The notes below the pieces were generated by a model, which saw nothing but the letters and a program-made list of their open reading frames with translations, had not been told where the DNA came from and ran no database searches. This document shows positions 46,801-55,952 of a stretch of 61,509 nt of DNA, piece after piece. This DNA comes from a virus (taxonomy: Duplodnaviria; Caudoviricetes): IMG/VR virus record IMGVR_UViG_3300025759_000004, positions 1 through 61,509 of that record. One strand, given 5' to 3'. Positions within the stretch are counted from its first letter, which is position 1. Each line of letters opens with the position of its first letter. Both the position numbers and the translations under genes were made by a program.

Positions 46801-49800
46801 AACAATACTTGGATCAAGGCGCTTTAACGCAAGAAAAGTATGATGCTTACATGGAGGGCTACAATAAAACAGAACTTCAAATAGAAGCAAATACGTTTGA
46901 AGAAGTACTCACCTTGTTATCTGAAAGTATTGCTACAGGTGATTTAGTTTATGAAAAAGATCAAGATTTATTTGTTAAAATAACAGATTACATAAGAAAT
47001 TTTTTACAATCAATTGGTGTTACCGATATAAATCTAAAAGATGGTAAAGCTACATTTAATTTTATAAGAGACTATAATAAAGCTTTTGATAAAACCGAAT
47101 TTAATAAAGCATTTCAAAAATTAGCTGACACAGTTGCCGATCCTAATGTTGAAGATTCTATATTTATTAAAGAATCTACAAAAATTAATGAAGATCGTAA
47201 TAAAAAAGTTGACGACTTTGTAGGTCCTAAAGATGCTGATGGTAATTATATTATGACAAAAAAAGAGTGGGATTCCGGAGGAATTGCCACTGCTTATATG
47301 GAAATTATTGGAGGTACGGCTTTAGACGGTTTGATTAGAAGAGGTATAGAAGGTAACTCTGTATACGGAAAACCTATTGAAACATTTTTAGAAGACGTTA
47401 AGCAAGGTTTAACTGGAACTTTAATGAGATTTAACCCTGAAGAAAACAATAGCTTAATGGGTTGGATTAATGGCCAAATGGCGGCCCGTAAAGGTGATGT
47501 GCTTAATAAATACAAAAAAGAACAACCGTTAGGAAGTAAGTCATTAGATGTTGAAGCCGGGGAGGTTGGTTCAGTAAGAGAAGCTGTTGCTGAAGAAACC
47601 GCTGAAGACTTTATAACTACAGAAGAAAGATTAGCAGAGCAAGAAGCCTCACTTAAAAGAGGACCCTCATTTTTAGAGGCATTACCTGTTGACCAAAAAA
47701 CAGGGGAAAAATCTTTTAAAGATGAAATTAGAGAAGAGGTAGATAAAAGAATTAAAAGGAATATACAATTTTTTGATGCTGCTACATCTGCTAATAGAAC
47801 TGTAAAGCCTTTTATTGCAGAAATTAAAAAAGATTTAAGTGATAATTTTTACAAGCAAACTAGAAAATGGTTTAATAATTACGAGGGTGGATATGAAGGT
47901 TTTTTAAGAGATTTTAGAGTAGATTTGCTAAATAACTACACAACAACATATTTATCTAAACATCCTATTTTTAGAAAAGGCATATTAAAAAGAATTAATG
48001 GTAAATGGACAGCGCCTAAAAAAGTTAGAAGTTCATACGGAGGGTTTAAGTATGACTGGGTAGACGACAATGGCAAAAAATTAAAGATAGACAGGGATGA
48101 TGCAGCTGGAAGAGGTTTAACTTCTGGGCCTGAATTTATAAAAAGAAACCCCAACATTACTAAACTCATCGGGGAAAATGAATTTATTGATTACCATTTT
48201 GAAGATGGTGCTTTACGTAAAAAACGTAAACAAAATCCAGAAAAAGCTTTAGCTATTCAGCTTGCTAGCGAAATTGGATTAGAAATATTACAAAATGATT
48301 TATTAACAACTGATGAAAGCGGTAATATTATTGGCGGCCCATTAACAGAAGCTATTATTGACAGAGCGGGTTTATTAGAAATGGTTTTAGCAGATAACGC
48401 CATGATAACATTAGCGAGCGATATTGATAGAGGTAATGTTAAAGAGTCATTAAAAAAGAGTGTTGTTAAACCAATATATGAAAAAGGATTAGATATTTTA
48501 GCTCAGCAAGGAGAAACAGCTTTTAATGAATATATTGATGGCTTACCTGATCAAGAAGCGGCTCAATATGTTAAACGCTATTTTGATGACAAATATTGGC
48601 AAGTAGGTTTGTATCAAAGCGCTAAAGCTAAAAATAGAGGTTTAGCTTATGAAAAACTTGTAAAAAGAGTTTTAAGTTCAAGCGGAAACAGAGATATTAA
48701 AGTTGAATTAATTGGTAAAAACCCTAAAATGGGTGGTGATATTTTATTAAAATTTAAAAATACCAATATAGCCATAGAATTAAAACTTAATGAATTTGCT
48801 CAAATGGGTAGTTTTACTATAAAAAATGTAGACGGAAAACCTGTGTTTACTTTAAGGAACATGAGCCCCGAGTTAGAAAATTCAATAAAAGAAGCTTTAG
48901 AAAAAAGACAGCCAGCTTTAGATAGATATTTTGAAGAAGCTAAAAAATATGCAGAACAAAATGGTTATGCTATACTAATTGAAAATAACGAAATTCGCGC
49001 CCCAAAACCAGTATTTGAATACTTAAGAGCTGAAGGCTTTTTAGAAAAAACAAATGTAACAGTAAAAGCGGATCAAAGGATTATAAATGCATTATACCGA
49101 GCTAAAGAGGTTTATTACATGAATATCGGGGACAAAGGGCTATTTGCTCTTGGTAAAGATATATATAACTTAGGTGTACCTGTTCTTTATTCTGATGTTG
49201 ATTTGGTTATAAGACTAACAAGAACTTACGATGCTAAATATGGAAGAATTGCTACAACTAGAGCCTTCCCTGTTCTTAATGGTAATTTAATAACACCATC
49301 TAAATCTTTAGATAATGCTTCTAGCGTAACAGAATTGCTAGATAACTTTCAAAATTCAATTAAAGAATCTACTAAAAAAGAAGAGCAAAAACCTGAACAA
49401 GAAAAAATAACTAGTGATATAAGTTCAGAGTTTAATAAAATGATGGAAGAAATATCCGGAATTCCTAAAGATGAAGTAATATCGCAAGCTAGGGGTAAGG
49501 TACTAGGTAAAAATAAAAGCGGAACTTGGTTTATACCATATAGTCATGAGGATTTTGTTGGACTTATGTACCCATTGCTAGCCAAAGGCAAAAAGGGTGA
49601 GCAGCAATATGAATATATTAAAAATAATATAATACAACCTTACGCTGAAGCTGAGTACAAAATAAATCAAGAAAGGCTTAGAACCGCCGCTGATTTTAAA
49701 GCACTTAAGGCGCAAATAGAAGAGCAATTAGGCAAATCAAAAAATACATTTACAAGATCGCCTTTAAGTAAACTTTTAAACAAAGAAGCTTGGTCCGGAT

Positions 49801-51521
49801 TTAAAAATGAGGATGCGGTAAGAGTATTTTTATGGAATTTACAAGGAATGGATATTCCTGGATTAGATGCTAAAGATATAAAAAAGTTAGTTAGTATAGT
49901 TAATACTAATGCAGAGTTGCTTAAATACGCCTTTGGTATAAAAAGTTTAATGAAAGGTATGGAATACCCCGCCGCTAAAAAAGGTTGGGAGACAAGCAAT
50001 ATTTCTTATGACATCCAGCAAAATTTAGAAACAACACGAAGAAAAGAATTTTTAGCTAATTGGCAAGAAAATGTTGATCAAGCTTTTTCTAAAGAAAATA
50101 TGGCAAAACTTGAAGCTATATTTGGCCCTAAATATGTTGAGGCTTTAAGAAATATATTAGAAAGAATGCGTACGGGCAAAAATAGGAAAGCAAATAATAG
50201 TAGATTAGAAAATGCCTTACTGGATTATTTTAATGGATCTGTGAGTGCTATTATGGCTTTAAACACAAAATCAGCAGTGTTACAGCAGCTTTCAAATATA
50301 AACTTTTTAAATTGGACAGATAATAACCCAATAGCGGCCGCGAAAGCTTTTGGCAATCAAAAACAATACTGGAGAGATGTTATTGATATTTTAAATTCAG
50401 ACTATCTTGTTAATAGACGAGCTGGATTAAAAATAAATGTAACAGAATCAGAGCTTGCTGCAATGGCTAATTCTAAAAATAAGGTAAGAGCTTTTATTGG
50501 TTTGATTGGTGAAAAAGGTTTTATACTTACAAAGTACGGAGATAGTTTTGCAATTGCAACCGGAGGAGCAACTTTTTATAGAAATAGGTTTAATACTTAT
50601 TTAAATCAAACAGATGCTGATGGTAATAAAATCTATACAGAAGAAGAAGCTAATAAAAAGGCTATGGTTGATTTTATCGAAATATCGGAAGATACTCAGC
50701 AATCATCTAGACCTGATAAAATTAGCATGCAACAAGCGGGTAACCTGGGTAGGTTAATATTAGCGTTTGCTAATACACCCTCTCAGTATGCGAGGCTTAC
50801 TAAAAAAGCATTGTTAGATTTAAAAAACGGTAGAGGAAGTAAACGTGAGAATATAATGAAAATAACATATTATGGCTTTGTGCAAAATTTAATATTTTCA
50901 TTTATGCAGCAAGGATTGTTTTCAATATTCTTTGGAGATGATGACGATGAAGAAATTAAAACAATTAAAGAAGCAGAAGAAAAGGCTCAAAGAAAACAAA
51001 AGCAAGCTTTTAAAGCGGCTAATGGTGCATTTGATGGATTTTTAAGAGGGCTTGGCGTTATGGGAGGTTTAGCAAGTACTTTAAAAAATATGGGTATTAA
51101 AGTGTACGAAAAGTCAAAAAGAAAAAGACCTGATTATGCAAGCACAGCTTATGAATTACTAAATATTTCTCCGCCTATTGATTCTAAGCTTTCAAAAATT
51201 AGAAGTGGGTTTGCTGCTCTTGATTTTGATTTAGAAGAAATAAAGAAAAAAGGATTTAAGGATATTTCAAATCCAGGATACATGGCTGGAGCAAGGGTAA
51301 TAGCGGGAACTACAAATGTAGGGATAGATAGAATTTTTACAAAAGGAAGAAACATAGCTAATGCTTTTGATTCTGAGTTAGCAACTTGGCAAAGAATATT
51401 TTCTTTAGGTGGATGGCAAGGATATGAGTTAGGTATTGAAGACGAGGAAGATGATGATCCAAAAAAGTTTTTAGATTTAAACATTAATATAGATTTAGAA
51501 TTGCCAAAAATAAAATTATAA
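43884..51521 (+). CDS. Giant multidomain (polyvalent) virion ejection protein, 2545 aa
   Basis: HEFLH zincin motif, sigma-region-2-like segment, PD-(D/E)xK-like motif, hydrophobic segments. Confidence 0.75.
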   Translation: MELEEYIDSLVAQGLSQEEIKKLVDEFIANGNQVPEANIEFKQAVGQKPLEIAKINVGVPGAVASTEILAPKSESLLEDGFVESVLAPDTPENNLERRAQGFIPPNHYLIKQGDKTHLDFYEGIDFMGQTPEDFKQMEIKPWDNFSLEDKTKAKLKYKDLDIEFPYYYFGDDNSSFVENNYGTEELKALNIDIKDFDGFLKERGLSDDFIKKQNTGFYKAEVSDNPFNLDSSVQAENQNKLDIAKERQLRKMLNLYVEDRNKRSREKQAAEYIFSNPENLEEQELIKAAKKIENGQQGLLDPSSFSAYYEYQFPTSTAKDREYLAAKIDEVSRLESQGKVKAGLMGLLDFGSNFVSGFQNEVAGTVATISDVLGFENAADEIRVQEEEEMLADPSMSYARVQGKKVTIDDIEYIKNEDDGQIYNTTVGYNIGYTTSPIEYKRISDALDKSEEEGSDWDARGMAIQAGQVTGGITFQVIGTKGLGGITSAAATRAAAYANGFKTVAEYKKVRDLAQAIGGAKVPNFRVPIKKSTVDLITFQSMYGASLGYEETLKQARAAGLGDDKSYELATSAAGQMSVLFALTARLNPRTKATEALFGKTGIRSQITKAINSYKTEGQKGFLNSLTNGIKNTVANLPKTATVFAEEGTKEVFQENVQQFGEYTIINENINQEVGFDLLKDTYTINDIKVTTALSFLTAGGLANVRTPNFKPDPLNQLRTFYSIGSDLNLLKTNLDKMVLNGDITQDESKKVFRDAKAVYTQLDKMPSNIDPSITLEVANALQNIQDLEVEKKNTDPAFHGPINERLEQARQELGDIYINQDVTKAQRAMKALGLKGETKAANTDNEFQGYLRTLVDSDGKQIYTEEQIQDINRIGVFVDNTGDILINKAAARRLGVTETGRHEFLHRLIYTTVKGKPELISKIGKDLDAYVTELIAKGDLKGGKNFKVDLQGYKDRASAKIDRINELRQKAKQYLDQGALTQEKYDAYMEGYNKTELQIEANTFEEVLTLLSESIATGDLVYEKDQDLFVKITDYIRNFLQSIGVTDINLKDGKATFNFIRDYNKAFDKTEFNKAFQKLADTVADPNVEDSIFIKESTKINEDRNKKVDDFVGPKDADGNYIMTKKEWDSGGIATAYMEIIGGTALDGLIRRGIEGNSVYGKPIETFLEDVKQGLTGTLMRFNPEENNSLMGWINGQMAARKGDVLNKYKKEQPLGSKSLDVEAGEVGSVREAVAEETAEDFITTEERLAEQEASLKRGPSFLEALPVDQKTGEKSFKDEIREEVDKRIKRNIQFFDAATSANRTVKPFIAEIKKDLSDNFYKQTRKWFNNYEGGYEGFLRDFRVDLLNNYTTTYLSKHPIFRKGILKRINGKWTAPKKVRSSYGGFKYDWVDDNGKKLKIDRDDAAGRGLTSGPEFIKRNPNITKLIGENEFIDYHFEDGALRKKRKQNPEKALAIQLASEIGLEILQNDLLTTDESGNIIGGPLTEAIIDRAGLLEMVLADNAMITLASDIDRGNVKESLKKSVVKPIYEKGLDILAQQGETAFNEYIDGLPDQEAAQYVKRYFDDKYWQVGLYQSAKAKNRGLAYEKLVKRVLSSSGNRDIKVELIGKNPKMGGDILLKFKNTNIAIELKLNEFAQMGSFTIKNVDGKPVFTLRNMSPELENSIKEALEKRQPALDRYFEEAKKYAEQNGYAILIENNEIRAPKPVFEYLRAEGFLEKTNVTVKADQRIINALYRAKEVYYMNIGDKGLFALGKDIYNLGVPVLYSDVDLVIRLTRTYDAKYGRIATTRAFPVLNGNLITPSKSLDNASSVTELLDNFQNSIKESTKKEEQKPEQEKITSDISSEFNKMMEEISGIPKDEVISQARGKVLGKNKSGTWFIPYSHEDFVGLMYPLLAKGKKGEQQYEYIKNNIIQPYAEAEYKINQERLRTAADFKALKAQIEEQLGKSKNTFTRSPLSKLLNKEAWSGFKNEDAVRVFLWNLQGMDIPGLDAKDIKKLVSIVNTNAELLKYAFGIKSLMKGMEYPAAKKGWETSNISYDIQQNLETTRRKEFLANWQENVDQAFSKENMAKLEAIFGPKYVEALRNILERMRTGKNRKANNSRLENALLDYFNGSVSAIMALNTKSAVLQQLSNINFLNWTDNNPIAAAKAFGNQKQYWRDVIDILNSDYLVNRRAGLKINVTESELAAMANSKNKVRAFIGLIGEKGFILTKYGDSFAIATGGATFYRNRFNTYLNQTDADGNKIYTEEEANKKAMVDFIEISEDTQQSSRPDKISMQQAGNLGRLILAFANTPSQYARLTKKALLDLKNGRGSKRENIMKITYYGFVQNLIFSFMQQGLFSIFFGDDDDEEIKTIKEAEEKAQRKQKQAFKAANGAFDGFLRGLGVMGGLASTLKNMGIKVYEKSKRKRPDYASTAYELLNISPPIDSKLSKIRSGFAALDFDLEEIKKKGFKDISNPGYMAGARVIAGTTNVGIDRIFTKGRNIANAFDSELATWQRIFSLGGWQGYELGIEDEEDDDPKKFLDLNINIDLELPKIKL

Positions 51522-51524
51522 ATT

Positions 51525-51683
51525 ATGGAACAAAAAGATATTACAAAAATAGTAGGTTCCCCGTTTGCGTTGAAAGATGCGTGCTATTATAAAGTGAAAG
51601 CTCAATATGATGTTTTTCCTTCTGCTTATGCAAGCGGAGCTATAGCAAAGTGTCGTAAAAATAAAGGTAAAAAGAAAAAGTAA
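51525..51683 (+). CDS. 52-aa basic protein (KDACYYKVK...PSAYASGAIAKCRK family)
   Basis: Manual translation; stop overlaps the next start. Confidence 0.7.
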   Translation: MEQKDITKIVGSPFALKDACYYKVKAQYDVFPSAYASGAIAKCRKNKGKKKK

Positions 51684-51958
51684 TGGCTTATCAATCTCCA
51701 TTTAATAAAGTTAGAAAAACTGAAAAAGGGTTGGCTCTTAAACGATGGTTTAAAGAAGAATGGACAGATGAAAAAGGAAACCCTTGCGGATCTACAAAAA
51801 ATAAAAACACTAAAAAATGTAGACCTAGCAAAAGAGTAAACAGTAAGACTGTAAAAACCTGGAGCGAAATGTCATCCACTGAAAAGAAAAAAGCTATTGC
51901 TGAAAAGAAAAGAGTTGGAATGGGTAAAAGAGCATCTAATATAAAAAGAAATGCGTAA
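51683..51958 (+). CDS. Small basic protein (LKRWFKEEW...PCG...KCRP family)
   Basis: Recognisable widespread phage motif. Confidence 0.7.
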   Translation: MAYQSPFNKVRKTEKGLALKRWFKEEWTDEKGNPCGSTKNKNTKKCRPSKRVNSKTVKTWSEMSSTEKKKAIAEKKRVGMGKRASNIKRNA

Positions 51959-52358
51959 TATAGATAAAATAATTATACATTGCTCCGCTACAAAAGAAGG
52001 TAATAATGTTGCTGCATCAACAATTGATCAGTGGCATAAAGATCGTGGCTGGCGAGGTATAGGTTATCATTATGTTGTAGCGCTTGACGGTACTATAGAA
52101 TATGGCCGTAGTATATATGAGACAGGGGCACATGTAAAGAACTATAACGAAGGCTCTATAGGTATTTGTTATATTGGAGGATTAGGATCGTCTATGGAAG
52201 CCAAAGACACTAGAACTATAGAACAAAAAGAAAGCTTATTGTTATTGCTTAAAACATTGAAAAAAATGCATCCAAAAGCAACAATTCATGGTCATAATGA
52301 ATTTTCATCAAAGGCTTGTCCTTGCTTTAATGCTAACGAAGAATATTGTAATTTATAA
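51951..52358 (+). CDS. Endolysin, N-acetylmuramoyl-L-alanine amidase (T7 lysozyme-like)
   Basis: IIIHCSAT, IGYHY, GAHV..YN..SIGICY, GHNE...KACPCF. Confidence 0.93.
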   Translation: MRNIDKIIIHCSATKEGNNVAASTIDQWHKDRGWRGIGYHYVVALDGTIEYGRSIYETGAHVKNYNEGSIGICYIGGLGSSMEAKDTRTIEQKESLLLLLKTLKKMHPKATIHGHNEFSSKACPCFNANEEYCNL

Positions 52359-52368
52359 ATTAAAAAAA

Positions 52369-52482
52369 ATGGGAAAATTTTTTATTAAACTAGGGAAAAA
52401 AATAATTGAATTTAATGAATTCTTAAAAAGTAAATGGAATTCATTAATGTACAGATTAATGTTTAAAAAGGAACAAAAATAA
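52369..52482 (+). CDS. 37-aa cationic amphipathic peptide
   Basis: MGKFFIKLGKKIIEFNEFLKSKWNSLMYRLMFKKEQK; A-rich start context. Confidence 0.5.
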   Translation: MGKFFIKLGKKIIEFNEFLKSKWNSLMYRLMFKKEQK

Positions 52483-52515
52483 ATGGGCGTACCATACCCA
52501 AAAGTTCCTGTAACC

Positions 52516-52548
52516 AAGAAAGGGCCCTCATTACGAGAGCCCTTTTTT
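52516..52548. terminator. Probable bidirectional terminator between the converging arms
   Basis: AAGAAAGGGC-CCTC-ATTAC-GAGA-GCCCTTTTTT. Confidence 0.75.
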
Positions 52549-52621
52549 AATATGTATAGATTATTCAATTTTTTATACACATTAGTTATTGTATGTATAA
52601 AAAAGTCATAACTTTTAGCCT

Positions 52622-54343
52622 TTAGCCATCACACGCTAAACAATCTTCACTCATTGCTTGTTGTGCTATATCTCCACGAAGCACCGACTCTGTCCTCGTA
52701 TAATATAAAGTCTTAATACCATTTTTCCAAGCTTGCATATGGACTTGGTTAATCCATTTAGGCGTTGCTACACTAGGAAAAGCAAGATTTAAACTAACTG
52801 CTTGATCAATGTATTGCTGCCGTATACCAGCTTGATTAACTAACTCTAGTTGATTAATCTCCTTAAACGTCTTAAATACTTCTTTCGCAGGGATTTCGTG
52901 CGGGCCAACAACAACCCCATCAAGCTCAGATAAATCTTGAACGCTACCACCATCTGCAAGTATTTTATCCCAAGTTTCATTTGTGTTAATTTTAAGTTTT
53001 CTTAATAACTTTAGTAGCGTAGGATTTTTTCTTATAAACGTTCCTTTAGCAGATTGCTCAGTGAATACGTTTGCCGCCCACGGTTCAATACCAGGAGATA
53101 CATTTCCCGAAAGCTTGCTATTAGAAACAGTGGGAGCAATAGCACGAAGGTGAGTATTACGCATGCCAGTATTAGCACACCACAAAGGCTCGCCGTAAAT
53201 TTCAGCAAGATCCCTGGAAGCTCTTTCACTTTCAATTTTAATTTGCGAAAATATTTTTCTAGTTTCAAACTGAGCAAGTAAACCTTCAAACGGAATGCCA
53301 AGCTCTTGGAGATACGTGTGCCATCCGAGTACACCCAACCCAAGCGCTCGTCCTTTAACAGCAGAACGAACGGCATTTTCAAAACCTCTAAGTCCTTTTG
53401 CTCTTTGTATAAATTCCTCCATAACGCCATCAAGAAACCAAGTGGCGTCGTATATAAGGTTAGTGTCTTTCCATTCATCATATTTAGCTAAGTTTAGTGA
53501 CGATAAACAACAAACAAAACTGTGGTTTTCATCGGTGTGTAATGTAATTTCAGAACATATGTTAGTCATATGTACTTTTAAACCGTTGTCTTTGTATGAT
53601 TTAGGATTTGCTTTGTTAGTATTTCCTTTAAACAATATATACGGCTCGCCAGTGGCCTTTCGTTTTCTAAGAAGTTTACTCCATCTATCCCTAGCTTGCG
53701 CATCTCCTTGTTCAAGTTTACGCATAAATTTATCACCAACAACTGCGCATTGGTGTAGATTAAGCGATTGTCTATTGACGTCTCCTTTTGGTTCACGGAT
53801 TTCAAGCCACTCTTCGAAATCGTCGTGCTCAATATTAATATTAACTGAAGCAGCTCCTCTTCTGACAGATCCTTGATTAGTTGCAAGAATCGTTGAGTCG
53901 TAGATTTTGCAGAACGGTACGACTCCATCTGATGTTCCATTTCCTGTAATTTTAGCGCCGGCGGGTCTAATCATGTTAACTCCGATACCAACTCCACCGC
54001 CATGCTTAGCGAGTAGCATCATCTCTAAATTCTTTTGTCCTATATCCTGTATACTATCAGCTACATCGATCCCAAAGCAGCTAATAGGCAAGCCGCGGTC
54101 AGTACCGGTGTTAGATAATACAGGACTAGCAAGACAAAGCCAACCGTTCCAGATATACTCGAAGAATGTTTCTGCCATTTCTGGTTTGAATAATCTACGA
54201 GCAACTGTTTTACTGACGCGCGTGTATGCTTCTTTAGGTGACTCTCCGTCGAGTAAATATCCCCCGGATATAGTCTTCTTGTATACGTCGTTATTACCCC
54301 ACGCAGGGTAATCTTCACCTTTTTTCCAGTTTTCATTCCACAT
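52622..54343 (-). CDS. nrdA: Class I ribonucleotide reductase alpha subunit (compact, no ATP cone)
   Basis: PISCF, GGGVG, TNICSEI, AIAPTVS, KTLYY, C-terminal CLAC. Confidence 0.95.
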   Translation of the reverse strand: MWNENWKKGEDYPAWGNNDVYKKTISGGYLLDGESPKEAYTRVSKTVARRLFKPEMAETFFEYIWNGWLCLASPVLSNTGTDRGLPISCFGIDVADSIQDIGQKNLEMMLLAKHGGGVGIGVNMIRPAGAKITGNGTSDGVVPFCKIYDSTILATNQGSVRRGAASVNINIEHDDFEEWLEIREPKGDVNRQSLNLHQCAVVGDKFMRKLEQGDAQARDRWSKLLRKRKATGEPYILFKGNTNKANPKSYKDNGLKVHMTNICSEITLHTDENHSFVCCLSSLNLAKYDEWKDTNLIYDATWFLDGVMEEFIQRAKGLRGFENAVRSAVKGRALGLGVLGWHTYLQELGIPFEGLLAQFETRKIFSQIKIESERASRDLAEIYGEPLWCANTGMRNTHLRAIAPTVSNSKLSGNVSPGIEPWAANVFTEQSAKGTFIRKNPTLLKLLRKLKINTNETWDKILADGGSVQDLSELDGVVVGPHEIPAKEVFKTFKEINQLELVNQAGIRQQYIDQAVSLNLAFPSVATPKWINQVHMQAWKNGIKTLYYTRTESVLRGDIAQQAMSEDCLACDG

Positions 54344-54609
54344 TATGTTAGTAAGTGTGTTATCCAGGCAATAAGCCCATTAATATTAAGTGCTACAAGG
54401 TTCCATTGTTTTCTATATGACGTTTGAACCACAACGCATATAAAGCCTACAACATAAAGTTCTGGCTGTATGGTCCATTGAGCAGCGATTAAAAAACCAC
54501 TGCCCATATAACCTATTCTAATTGCTAGGCGTTCTTCAGCCTTCAGCTTCCTTCGATGCACTAGCTTTTTCAGCAACTTGCGCTTTAAGCTTTTCGATGG
54601 CTTCATCAT
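54343..54609 (-). CDS. Small membrane protein (start uncertain)
   Basis: Hydrophobic C-terminal segments. Confidence 0.5.
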   Translation of the reverse strand: MMKPSKSLKRKLLKKLVHRRKLKAEERLAIRIGYMGSGFLIAAQWTIQPELYVVGFICVVVQTSYRKQWNLVALNINGLIAWITHLLT

Positions 54610-54757
54610 AATCTGGCATTTGTTTAATTGTTTCTAATGTTCCTACTGCCAAATCTTTTAAATAAGCATTTTCATCTAACAGTTGTTGTACAACACCAAT
54701 CAAGGCTTGTATTTTTTTTTCAAGTAAATCTACTCTACTACTTTTTTGACTCTTCAT
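54536..54757 (-). CDS. Coiled-coil hypothetical protein
   Basis: ORF in operon. Confidence 0.6.
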   Translation of the reverse strand: MKSQKSSRVDLLEKKIQALIGVVQQLLDENAYLKDLAVGTLETIKQMPDYDEAIEKLKAQVAEKASASKEAEG

Positions 54758-54944
54758 CTAATTTTGTTGTTTTATAATCTATTATAAATCCTATTAAAAC
54801 TATTATATTCATACCTAAACTAGACAGTAGTTCATACGCATCATGAAAGCTATGTATTGATAGATGTATATGTCCTACTATCCAGAAAGGTATTGCTAAA
54901 TTTTGACTAATCCATATAATAGTATATTTTATGAAGTCTTTCAT
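54738..54944 (-). CDS. Small two-TM membrane protein
   Basis: Two hydrophobic segments. Confidence 0.55.
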   Translation of the reverse strand: MKDFIKYTIIWISQNLAIPFWIVGHIHLSIHSFHDAYELLSSLGMNIIVLIGFIIDYKTTKLDEESKK

Positions 54945-54983
54945 TTGTAAAGTTCTTCAAATATTTCTTGTTCGCTAATTAGT

Positions 54984-55952
54984 TTACCAAATGTCGTCGA
55001 AGTCTTCGCCTTCGTTAGCTTTCGAATAATCCGTCGGCCGTATTGCGAAAAAATCAGTATGAGTGACCCCGCCGGTAAGATGATAGAACCAATCAAGATT
55101 AGACGCTGCATTCTTGTCATACGCGAAGTACGAGCCAAGGTCAACGTAACCAAGTTCAACCAGTTTTTCATTTGCTCTCTTTTTTATAAAATGTTTAAGA
55201 TCATTGGCTTTTATACCTTCTACATCACCAGCTTCAAACATTTTCTCTATATATTTAGTTTCAAGCTTTATCATCGTTTCTGCAGCTTTTATTATATCTT
55301 CTCTACATAAATGCAGTAATTGATCATTTTCGCTGCACATATCGCGGAAAAGTTTACAACCCATTTTACTGTGTAATGATTCGTCTCTTACGGACCATTT
55401 CATTTGTTGTCCAATACCCTTGAGTAAATTACGTAGCTGGAAGCTGTATAAAACAGCAAAAGCTGAATACAAACTAACGCCTTCTGCGAAAGCAGAAAAT
55501 ACGGCAAGTGACTTACCAATACCAATAGGATTTGTACCGTCATAAGCAACCAGATTATCAAATCTCTGTGCTGTAGCAGGTTCGTGCAAAAACGCTTCAT
55601 AATCTTCTAAGTTTAATGTTTCATTTAAATAACTATAAGCAACCGCATGCACTGTCTCTTGTGATCCAAACATCATTGCCATTTGTTGTATTTCGTGCTT
55701 CGGAAACCAACTAACTACCTTTTGGGTCCAGTAATCAGAAACCGCGCATTCCGTCTGTGCAAAGCCGAGTAATATATTACCGACCAAGTTCTTTTCTTTA
55801 TCATTTAATTTTTCTTTCCAATCTTTAATATCGCTTTGCATTGAGATTTCGGTATGTAACCAAAATGCTTGTGCTTGTTTTAACCAGCCTTCTGTGTAAT
55901 ACTCTGGATACTCAAAAGGTTTATATGCTATGCGTTCATCAAATAATCCCAT
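54984..55952 (-). CDS. nrdB: Class I ribonucleotide reductase beta subunit
   Basis: QTEC, QETVHAVAY (radical Tyr), AEGV, RDESLH, DFF...DY tail. Confidence 0.95.
   Translation of the reverse strand: MGLFDERIAYKPFEYPEYYTEGWLKQAQAFWLHTEISMQSDIKDWKEKLNDKEKNLVGNILLGFAQTECAVSDYWTQKVVSWFPKHEIQQMAMMFGSQETVHAVAYSYLNETLNLEDYEAFLHEPATAQRFDNLVAYDGTNPIGIGKSLAVFSAFAEGVSLYSAFAVLYSFQLRNLLKGIGQQMKWSVRDESLHSKMGCKLFRDMCSENDQLLHLCREDIIKAAETMIKLETKYIEKMFEAGDVEGIKANDLKHFIKKRANEKLVELGYVDLGSYFAYDKNAASNLDWFYHLTGGVTHTDFFAIRPTDYSKANEGEDFDDIW

Noticed and set aside
43884-51521. crAss/N4-type virion RNA polymerase
   Set aside because: No DxDxD catalytic motif seen; the only near match (DFDLE) is at the extreme C-terminus
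11338-52482. Stop-codon reassignment as in some crAss-like phages
   Set aside because: Genes are full length and densely packed under the standard code, and the tRNA anticodon is TTG, not a suppressor
53032-54336. Multiple overlapping alternative-frame and antisense ORFs within nrdA (likewise within groEL, fibres, MCP and the giant gene)
   Set aside because: Shadow ORFs from codon bias with no recognisable motifs
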